Shown one piece after another: positions 1 to 6,564 of a stretch of DNA of 7,063 nucleotides (the stretch's first letter is position 1; every line of letters begins with the position of its first letter). The DNA is from Chlorokybus atmophyticus (taxonomy: Eukaryota; Plantae; Mesostigma and Chlorokybus algae). The stretch covers positions 1 to 7,063 of the forward strand of contig RHPI01002601.1 of the NCBI GenBank assembly GCA_009103225.1, written 5' to 3'. The translations under genes were made by a program, and so were the position numbers. The notes beneath the pieces are model-generated. The model was given only the letters and a program-made list of their open reading frames with translations. It ran no database searches and had not been told where the DNA came from.

Positions 1-1614
1 GCAGCTCGGAGATACCCAGTGAGGGAGAGAAAGGCACCTGACTTCTTACACAAGGCACACGTCGCCAGTGTGCAGCATGAGGAGCCAAGCACCTACGAGG
101 AGGCATTATTAGCACCAGATGCGGAGCAATGGCAGCGTGCTATGGACGAGGAGATTGCGTCACTCCATGCCAACAACACTTGGTCACTGGAGCAGTTACC
201 GCAAGGAGTGAAGACCATTCCAGTGAAATGGGTCTTCAAGGTGAAGCGTGATGGTCAGGGCAACATTGAGCGCTACAAGGCAAGACTGGTGGCAAAGGGC
301 TTCTTGCAGCAGGAAGGTGTGGACTTCAACGAAGTGTTTGCACCTGCAAGTAAGCATACCACCTTCCGTGCACTGCTAGCTGTGGTTGCTGCTGAGGACC
401 TCAAGCTGCATCACCTGGATGTGAAGACTGCCTTCCTCTACGGAGAGCTGGAGGAGGAGATCTTCATCGAGCAACCACCTGGATATGAAGAAGGGGAGAG
501 AGGCACAGCGTGCAAGCTGATCAAGGCACTGTACGGGCTGCGACAGGCACCGCGTATGTGGCACATCAAGCTCACCAAGGAGCTGGAGGCACTTGGCTTC
601 ACCGCATCCTCTGCAGACCCTGGGCTCTTCATCCATGCAGACAACAAGGTCTGGCTGCTCGTGTATGTTGATGATATCATCATCACCGCCAGGCAGGTGC
701 ACCACCTGCAGGAGACGAAACTTGCTCTACAGCAAGCATTCTCAGTTCGTGATCTTGGAGAGGCCAAGTGGTTCCTTGGCATGGTGATTGAGCGCGACAG
801 GGCGGCTCGCACAATCAAGATCAGTCAGGAGCAGATGGTGAGAAGACTCGTCACCAAGTTTGGGCTCACTGAAGCGAAGACCAAGACCACACCGTTGGCA
901 CTTGGCACTGCCCTCATCAAGGCAAAGGATGAGGAGGTACTCGACAAGGCTCAGTATCCATATGGTGAGCTGGTAGGCAGCATGCTCTATCTGGCAGTGT
1001 GCACACGTCCCGATGTTGCACATGCTGTGGGAGTACTTGCTCGCTACATGTCTGCACCGAGCATGGAGCACTGGAGAGCAGCAAAGGGAGTACTACGCTA
1101 TGTTGCTGGGAGCGCAACAGTTGGCATCAAGTTTGGGAGCGGGAGCACTGAGTTGGAGGGCTACTGCGACTCGGACTTTGCTGGTGACCTCAACAGCAGG
1201 AGGTCCACTACAGGCTACGTCTTCAAGCTGAACGGAGGCGTGGTGAGCTGGAACAGCAGGCTGCAGCCAACAACAGCAGCATCTACATCAGAGGCTGAGT
1301 ACATGGCAGCGGCAGCAGCAGTGAAGGAGGCACTCTGGCTTCGCAAGCTCATGGCAGACTTGGAGCACCCCATGGCGTGCATCGTCATCAACTGTGACAA
1401 CCAAGGAGCCATCAAGTTGTTGAAGCACCCTATCGCCTCGGCAAGGACGAAGCACATTGATGTCATGCATCACTTTGTGCGTGACAGAGTCACAAGGAAG
1501 GAGGTGGAGTTCCAGTACTGCAACACTGAGGGCATGCTGGCGGACTTCATGACAAAGCCATTGTCACCACTCAAGTTCAAGACTTGTTGTGCAGGACTTG
1601 GCATCTGTGTTTGA
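1..1614 (+). CDS. Partial copia Pol (end of IN linker, reverse transcriptase, RNase H) of copy A, open at the window's 5' edge
   Basis: Frame is open from base 1 (AARRYPVRERKAP...). Motifs KARLVAKGF, DVKTAFL, LYGLRQAPR, YVDD (664-675), YCDSDFAGD, EAEY, CDNQGA, KHID, ADFMTK. TGA at 1612-1614. Confidence 0.95.
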   Translation, partial: AARRYPVRERKAPDFLHKAHVASVQHEEPSTYEEALLAPDAEQWQRAMDEEIASLHANNTWSLEQLPQGVKTIPVKWVFKVKRDGQGNIERYKARLVAKGFLQQEGVDFNEVFAPASKHTTFRALLAVVAAEDLKLHHLDVKTAFLYGELEEEIFIEQPPGYEEGERGTACKLIKALYGLRQAPRMWHIKLTKELEALGFTASSADPGLFIHADNKVWLLVYVDDIIITARQVHHLQETKLALQQAFSVRDLGEAKWFLGMVIERDRAARTIKISQEQMVRRLVTKFGLTEAKTKTTPLALGTALIKAKDEEVLDKAQYPYGELVGSMLYLAVCTRPDVAHAVGVLARYMSAPSMEHWRAAKGVLRYVAGSATVGIKFGSGSTELEGYCDSDFAGDLNSRRSTTGYVFKLNGGVVSWNSRLQPTTAASTSEAEYMAAAAAVKEALWLRKLMADLEHPMACIVINCDNQGAIKLLKHPIASARTKHIDVMHHFVRDRVTRKEVEFQYCNTEGMLADFMTKPLSPLKFKTCCAGLGICV

Positions 1615-1649
1615 CTACAGGAGCAAGCGTTGGAGGTCAAGCTGCTCGC

Positions 1650-1656
1650 GTGGGAG
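1650..1656 (+). other. Short polypurine tract of copy A
   Basis: Identical GTGGGAG immediately before LTR 1657. Confidence 0.7.
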
Positions 1657-1953
1657 TGTTGAGAGTATTCCTACATACGATCAGCATCGACCCTCCACAC
1701 AGGAGTAGAAGGTCGTAAGGACGAGCACTAGGTCCGGACTTAGCAAGATGGCATCGTCGGACCAGACTCCGGACTCCAGACTGGAGCCTTACTAACTGCT
1801 TCGTATCTCCGCGTATACTTACTCATATTAGGCGTGTAAGAGCTTGTTGGAAAGCTCTGGTTGTAAGAAAGACAACGCAGCTTAGAGCGCGTCAAAAGGC
1901 TGAGTATAGCTTACGCAGTGCTTGCAAACGTAGACGTGTGTGTAACTGGCTGG

Positions 1954-1959
1954 TATAAG
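1954..1959 (+). promoter_or_regulatory. Putative LTR TATA box (TATAAG), counterpart at 6433-6438
   Basis: TATA-like hexamer in the 3' third of the LTR, conserved in both LTRs. No transcript evidence. Confidence 0.5.
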
Positions 1960-1974
1960 AACCAGCGGACAACT

Positions 1975-1979
1975 TGTAA
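1975..1979 (+). terminator. Putative chlorophyte-type polyadenylation signal TGTAA (others at 1835, 1862, 1941, all conserved in the second LTR)
   Basis: UGUAA is the established poly(A) signal of Chlamydomonas and related green algae. Four copies lie in the 424-bp LTR. Confidence 0.5.
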
Positions 1980-2080
1980 TAGATGAATGTGATGTGACTT
2001 GTGTATGCTCTGGTGGCGGTAGCTCTGTCTCTGTGTATCTATGCTTGCCTCAACTACATGTGCATGCTAGTCCTTCAACA

Positions 2081-2094
2081 GGTTATGGGCCCAC
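2081..2094 (+). other. Primer binding site complementary to the anticodon arm of initiator tRNA-Met (half-tRNA priming)
   Basis: GGTTATGGGCCCAC directly abuts the LTR's terminal CA. It is the reverse complement of GTGGGCCCATAACC, containing the CAT anticodon. Same PBS type as Drosophila copia, Volvox Osser and yeast Ty5. Confidence 0.92.
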
Positions 2095-2207
2095 ACTACG
2101 CTTGAGGAGTGTGAGACTAGCTTGTGTGCATAGTAGTTCTACACTACGGTAGCTTGTTGGTAGCAGAGCCTTGGGTGTCAACTGCAAGAAAGGCAGGCTC
2201 GACAGAA

Positions 2208-5200
2208 ATGGAGGCGACCTACGACAAGGGGCAGATTGCAAAGCTGGACACCGACAACTACAACACATGGTGCGTGGAGATGAAGGCCTTGCTCATCCAC
2301 AAGAAGGTGTGGAAGTACGTTGATCCGAAGGCACCACCACCAACACCAGGAGCGAACACTGTGTGGTCAGAGCATTCAGCAGAAGCACACTCTTTGCTTG
2401 TGTTGAACAGCAAACCGCATCACTTTCCCATGCTCACTGCATGTGAAGATGGTAGACAAGCTTGGGAAAAGCTATCAGCCGTTTTCAGAGCCAAGAACAA
2501 TGCCAGAAAGTTGCATCTACGCAAGCAGCTCAGCGCACTCAGGAAGGAGGCAGCAGAACCCATCACAAAGTATGTTGCGCGCGCGAGAGAGCTGTGGGCG
2601 GACCTCATCAACGTCGGCCACAACATGGGGGAGACGGAGGTAGTGCTGGCCATTGTTGCAGGGCTACCAGCAGAGTACGAGGTCGTCGCAACCCTGCTGG
2701 AGACGTCATCATCGGAGTTGACGTTGGACGATGTGCTACCGAAGCTGCTCACCGTGGAGCAGAGGGTTGTGAAGAAGGACGAGCAAGCGGATGCCGTCGC
2801 CTTCTACACCGGCAAGCACGCAAAGAAGAGCAACCATGAAGAGAAGTACAAGGGCAACAAGCCAGGCAATCCTCGTCACAAAGACCTCACATGCCACTGG
2901 TGTGGTTGGAAGGGGCACATTGTGAAGGACTGTAGGAAGAAACAACAGGGGCAACCTAGAGCAAGCACCAGCAACAGCGGCAACGAGCACCAACACAAGG
3001 AGAAACATGTCGCCTTCACTGCATCCAGTTCGAGGGCGGGCACAGCTTTCTGGGTGGTGGACTCTGGCTGCGATCGTCATCTCACACCAAACAAGGAGGT
3101 GATGGAGGGCTACAGGAAGCTGACGTCCACAATCAAGGTGGCGGGCTTCGGTGGCGAAGTACTGGTGGCTGAGGGAGTTGGCAACGTACGACTCCAGTGC
3201 AAGGTTGGTAACACACTACGCGAGGTGTTGTTACGCAACGTCCTGCATGTTCCTAAGGCTATTGCGAGTCTATTCTCTGTGAGGGTTGCGGAGCGCTTAG
3301 GCGCGGAGATCCTATTTCGGAAGGGTGGCTGCTCAGTCATCCTTGATGGGGTCGTGCACATGGTTGGAATCGCTGATCCGGGAGGGCTCTACCACGTGGA
3401 GCAGCCTCAAGACAGAGACATTCAAGCCATGGTGGTGAAGGACAAGGAGTCGCCAACATTGTGGCATCGGAGGTTCGGGCATCTCAGCTACGTCAACCTC
3501 ACTCGCCTTGTCGCTGAGAAGATGGTCAAGGGCATCCATCTCAGCACAGAAGAACTCAAGACAGCATCAGGTGCACTTTGTGAACCATGCCTGGTTGCAA
3601 AGCAGCATGCTATGCCATTCCCATCATCCTCTTCTAGCAGTCAGCATCCTTGCGAGCTTGTGCACATGGATGTCTGTGGCCCTATGCGCATTGTGGCGAA
3701 GGGAGGGGCCAGGTACTTTGCTACATTCCTCGACGACTACAGCAAGCTGTCCATCATCTTTCCATTGACGCTCAAGTCAGAAGTTGCTGGAGCTGTGCGC
3801 ACAGTTGTGGCCTTGTTGGAGACCCAGTCTGGCAACAAGATGAAGGCAATGAGGAGTGATCGAGGAGGGGAGTACATCAACAAGGAGTTGAAGGAGTTCT
3901 TCGCCAGCAAGGGCATACGCCACGAGACAACGGCACCCTACACCCCGCAGCAGAATGGAGCAGCTGAACGCCTCAACAGGACACTCTTGGAGCGTGTTCG
4001 AGCCATGCTCAACGACACAAAGATGGAAGACAGTTTGTGGAAGGAGGCGGTACTCACTGCCAACTACATCCGCAACAGGTCTCCGGTGAGCTCAGAGCAG
4101 AAGACTCCGTGGGAGCACTTCTATGGAGCCACACCAGATGTGAGTGGTATGCGTGTGTTTGGATGCACGGCATATGCACTAGTGCCTAAACAGCTCAGGC
4201 ACAAGCTGGAGCCGGTCAGCAAGAAGGGCATCTTCGTTGGCTATGAACCGGGTTCCAAGGCTTACAGGATCTTGCTCGAGGACACTCAGAAGATCATCGT
4301 GAGCAGAGAGGTGGTTTTCCACGAGGGATTATCACAACCAGAAGCAGGCTTCTTTCCTGAAGATGAAGCACAGCCGGAGCATCCTGAAACAGTGGAGGCT
4401 ACAGGCAAGGCCATCATCGACGATAAGGGTGAGCAGGACTCCACTGTAGCAGACAAGCAGTCGCACCTGCAGCAGGAGCACGCAGCTCGGAGATACCCAG
4501 TGAGGGAGAGAAAGGCACCTGACTTCCTACACAAGGCACACGTCGCCAGTGTGCACAATGAGGAGCCAAGCACCTACGAGGAGGCATTGTTAGCACCAGA
4601 TGCGGAGCAATGGCAGCGTGCTATGGACGAGGAGATTGCGTCACTCCATGCCAACAACACTTGGTCACTGGAGCAGTTACCGCAAGGAGTGAAGACCATT
4701 CCAGTGAAATGGGTCTTCAAGGTGAAGCGTGATGGTCAGGGCAACATTGAGCGCTACAAGGCAAGACTGGTGGCAAAGGGCTTCTTGCAGCAGGAAGGTG
4801 TGGACTTCAACGAAGTGTTTGCACCTGCAAGTAAGCATACCACCTTCCGTGCACTGCTAGCTATGGTTGCTGCTGAAGACCTAGAGCTGCATCACCTGGA
4901 TGTGAAGACTGCCTTCCTCTACGGAGAGCTGGAGGAGGAGATCTTCATCGAGCAACCACCTGGATATGAAGAAGGGGAGAGAGGCACAGCGTGCAAGCTG
5001 ATCAAGGCACTGTACGGGCTGCGACAGGCACCGCGTATGTGGCACATCAAGCTCACCAAGGAGCTGGAGGCACTTGGCTTCACCGCATCCTCTGCAGACC
5101 CTGGGCTCTTCATCCATGCAGACAACAAGGTCTGGCTGCTCGTGTATGTTGATGATATCATCATCACCGCCAGGCAGGTGCACCACCTGCAGGAGACGAA

Positions 5201-6095
5201 ACTTGCTCTACAGCAAGCATTCTCAGTTCGTGATCTTGGAGAGGCCAAGTGGTTCCTTGGCATGGTGATTGAGCGCGACAGGGCGGCTCGCACAATCAAG
5301 ATCAGTCAGGAGCAGATGGTGAGAAGACTCGTCACCAAGTTTGGGCTCACTGAAGCGAAGACCAAGACCACACCGTTGGCACTTGGCACTGCCCTCATCA
5401 AGGCAAAGGATGAGGAGGTACTCGACAAGGCTCAGTATCCATATGGTGAGCTGGTAGGCAGCATGCTCTATCTGGCAGTGTGCACACGTCCCGATGTTGC
5501 ACATGCTGTGGGAGTACTTGCTCGCTACATGTCTGCACCGAGCATGGAGCACTGGAGAGCAGCAAAGGGAGTACTACGCTATGTTGCTGGGAGCGCAACA
5601 GTTGGCATCAAGTTTGGGAGCGGGAGCACTGAGTTGGAGGGCTACTGCGACTCGGACTTTGCTGGTGACCTCAACAGCAGGAGGTCCACTACAGGCTACG
5701 TCTTCAAGCTGAACGGAGGCGTGGTGAGCTGGAACAGCAGGCTGCAGCCAACAACAGCAGCATCTACATCAGAGGCTGAGTACATGGCAGCGGCAGCAGC
5801 AGTGAAGGAGGCACTCTGGCTTCGCAAGCTCATGGCAGACTTGGAGCACCCCATGGCGTGCATCGTCATCAACTGTGACAACCAAGGAGCCATCAAGTTG
5901 TTGAAGCACCCTATCGCCTCGGCAAGGACGAAGCACATTGATGTCATGCATCACTTTGTGCGTGACAGAGTCACAAGGAAGGAGGTGGAGTTCCAGTACT
6001 GCAACACTGAGGGCATGCTGGCAGACTTCATGACAAAGCCATTGTCACCGCTCAAGTTCAAGACTTGTTGTGCAGGACTTGGCATCTGTGTTTGA
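2208..6095 (+). CDS. Gag-Pol polyprotein (1295 aa from the first ATG): Gag, zinc knuckle, aspartic protease, integrase, RT, RNase H
   Basis: No stop or frameshift. The first ATG at 2208 (GAAATGG) directly precedes the copia Gag N-terminal motif LDTDNYNTWCVEMKALL. All catalytic motifs are intact. Confidence 0.96.
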   Translation: MEATYDKGQIAKLDTDNYNTWCVEMKALLIHKKVWKYVDPKAPPPTPGANTVWSEHSAEAHSLLVLNSKPHHFPMLTACEDGRQAWEKLSAVFRAKNNARKLHLRKQLSALRKEAAEPITKYVARARELWADLINVGHNMGETEVVLAIVAGLPAEYEVVATLLETSSSELTLDDVLPKLLTVEQRVVKKDEQADAVAFYTGKHAKKSNHEEKYKGNKPGNPRHKDLTCHWCGWKGHIVKDCRKKQQGQPRASTSNSGNEHQHKEKHVAFTASSSRAGTAFWVVDSGCDRHLTPNKEVMEGYRKLTSTIKVAGFGGEVLVAEGVGNVRLQCKVGNTLREVLLRNVLHVPKAIASLFSVRVAERLGAEILFRKGGCSVILDGVVHMVGIADPGGLYHVEQPQDRDIQAMVVKDKESPTLWHRRFGHLSYVNLTRLVAEKMVKGIHLSTEELKTASGALCEPCLVAKQHAMPFPSSSSSSQHPCELVHMDVCGPMRIVAKGGARYFATFLDDYSKLSIIFPLTLKSEVAGAVRTVVALLETQSGNKMKAMRSDRGGEYINKELKEFFASKGIRHETTAPYTPQQNGAAERLNRTLLERVRAMLNDTKMEDSLWKEAVLTANYIRNRSPVSSEQKTPWEHFYGATPDVSGMRVFGCTAYALVPKQLRHKLEPVSKKGIFVGYEPGSKAYRILLEDTQKIIVSREVVFHEGLSQPEAGFFPEDEAQPEHPETVEATGKAIIDDKGEQDSTVADKQSHLQQEHAARRYPVRERKAPDFLHKAHVASVHNEEPSTYEEALLAPDAEQWQRAMDEEIASLHANNTWSLEQLPQGVKTIPVKWVFKVKRDGQGNIERYKARLVAKGFLQQEGVDFNEVFAPASKHTTFRALLAMVAAEDLELHHLDVKTAFLYGELEEEIFIEQPPGYEEGERGTACKLIKALYGLRQAPRMWHIKLTKELEALGFTASSADPGLFIHADNKVWLLVYVDDIIITARQVHHLQETKLALQQAFSVRDLGEAKWFLGMVIERDRAARTIKISQEQMVRRLVTKFGLTEAKTKTTPLALGTALIKAKDEEVLDKAQYPYGELVGSMLYLAVCTRPDVAHAVGVLARYMSAPSMEHWRAAKGVLRYVAGSATVGIKFGSGSTELEGYCDSDFAGDLNSRRSTTGYVFKLNGGVVSWNSRLQPTTAASTSEAEYMAAAAAVKEALWLRKLMADLEHPMACIVINCDNQGAIKLLKHPIASARTKHIDVMHHFVRDRVTRKEVEFQYCNTEGMLADFMTKPLSPLKFKTCCAGLGICV
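2892..2933 (+). other. Gag nucleocapsid zinc knuckle CX2CX4HX4C
   Basis: CHWCGWKGHIVKDC. Confidence 0.95.
3048..3300 (+). other. Aspartic protease domain (limits approximate)
   Basis: FWVVDSGCDRH with catalytic DSG at 3060-3068, followed by the copia-typical LRNVLHVP...LFSV. Confidence 0.9.
3459..4320 (+). other. Integrase: HHCC zinc domain, DD(35)E core and C-terminal SH3-like/GKGY region (limits approximate)
   Basis: LWHRRFGH...CEPC. D at 3669 (HMDVCGP), D at 3858 (RSDRGGEY), E at 3966 (AERLNR), with exactly 35 residues between the second D and E. KLEPVSKKGIFVGY downstream. Confidence 0.95.
4653..5380 (+). other. Copia-type reverse transcriptase domain (limits approximate)
   Basis: NNTWSL, KWVFKVK, YKARLVAKGF, DVKTAFLYG, LYGLRQAPRMW, YVDD at 5145-5156, DLGEAKWFLG. 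Confidence 0.96.
5637..6050 (+). other. Ty1/copia RNase H domain (limits approximate)
   Basis: EGYCDSDFAGD, RRSTTGY, SEAEYMA, NCDNQGAI, RTKHID, MLADFMTKPL. Confidence 0.95.
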
Positions 6096-6130
6096 CTATA
6101 GGAGCAAGCGTTGGAGGTCAAGCTGCTCGC

Positions 6131-6137
6131 GTGGGAG
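6131..6137 (+). other. Short polypurine tract (plus-strand primer) of copy B
   Basis: GTGGGAG immediately before the LTR's TG. The position is canonical, but the tract is short and preceded by CTCGC. Confidence 0.7.
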
Positions 6138-6559
6138 TGTTGAGAGTCAGTCCTACATACGATCAGCATCGACCCTCCACACAGGAGTAGAAGGTCGTAA
6201 GGACGAGCACTAGGTCCGGACTTAGCAAGATGGCGTCGGACCAGACTCCGGACTCCAGACTGGAGCCTTACTAACTGCTTCGTATCTCCGCGTATACTTA
6301 CTCATATTGGGCGTGTAAGAGCTTGTTGGAAAGCTCTGGTTGTAAGAAAGACAACACAGCTTAGAGCGCGTCAAAAGGCTAAGTATAGCTTACGCAGTGC
6401 TTGCAAACGTAGACGTGTGTGTAACTGGCTGGTATAAGAGCCAGCGGACAACTTGTAATAGATGAATGTGATGTGACTTGTGTATGCTCTGGTGGCGGTA
6501 GCTCTGTCTCTGTGTGTCTATGCTTGCCTAAACTGCATGTGCATGCTAGTCCTTCAACA
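6138..6559 (+). repeat. 3' LTR of copy B (422 bp)
   Basis: TGTTGA...TCAACA. Differs from 1657-2080 by 8 substitutions, a 1-bp insertion (6148) and a 3-bp deletion (ATC 1753-1755). Similarity to the first LTR's flank stops right after 6559. Confidence 0.97.
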
Positions 6560-6564
6560 GTAGC
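6560..6564 (+). other. Predicted right-hand target-site duplication GTAGC
   Basis: First 5 bp after the LTR. Copia elements typically create 5-bp TSDs. The partner copy would lie outside the window, so this is unverified. Confidence 0.4.

Larger units (their letters stand above)
1..2080 (+). mobile_element. 3' part of an upstream tandem copy (copy A) of the same copia element, truncated by the window edge and sharing LTR 1657-2080 with copy B
   Basis: 1-1656 aligns without gaps to 4482-6137 (offset 4481) with 11 substitutions counted by eye, then runs directly into the LTR. Confidence 0.96.
1657..2080 (+). repeat. LTR (424 bp), shared: 3' LTR of copy A and 5' LTR of copy B
   Basis: TGTTGA...TCAACA 6-bp terminal inverted repeat. 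Preceded by a PPT-like GTGGGAG and followed by the PBS. Matches 6138-6559. Confidence 0.97.
1657..6559 (+). mobile_element. Full-length Ty1/copia LTR retrotransposon (copy B, 4903 bp), Hemivirus/Osser-like priming type
   Basis: Two ~420-bp direct repeats with TGTTGA...TCAACA ends. PBS abuts the left LTR and GTGGGAG abuts the right LTR. Single ORF with copia domain order PR-IN-RT-RH. Confidence 0.97.

Noticed and set aside
19-21. Start of a stand-alone 531-aa RT gene
   Set aside because: It is an internal GTG (Val). The frame is open to base 1 and matches the middle of copy B's polyprotein.
1657-2080. CRISPR-like or structured ncRNA interpretation of the LTR hairpins
   Set aside because: There is no repeat-spacer periodicity and no tRNA or rRNA fold. 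The context is fully explained as an LTR.
1-2080. Tandem as a pure assembly duplication of one sequence
   Set aside because: The copies differ at 11 internal sites and 10 LTR sites, including indels, so they are distinct sequences. A misjoin of two loci still needs long reads to exclude.
2124-2207. 28-codon N-terminal extension of the polyprotein given by the ORF track
   Set aside because: It begins at GTG inside the untranslated leader. The ATG at 2208 has good context and directly precedes the conserved Gag motif.
376-5954. Many 60-126-aa antisense and alternative-frame ORFs, several duplicated
   Set aside because: They are shadows of the pol frame with no recognisable motifs. Their duplication only reflects the tandem.
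6096-6137. Possible env-like or extra 3' ORF
   Set aside because: Only 42 nt separate the stop codon from the LTR.
6554-6559. The antisense LTR end (TGT TGA) supplies a Cys at the PHD's fifth-ligand position followed by a stop
   Set aside because: All these LTRs end in ACA, so an in-frame TGT is a one-in-three phase coincidence. An upstream TGA already truncates the frame.
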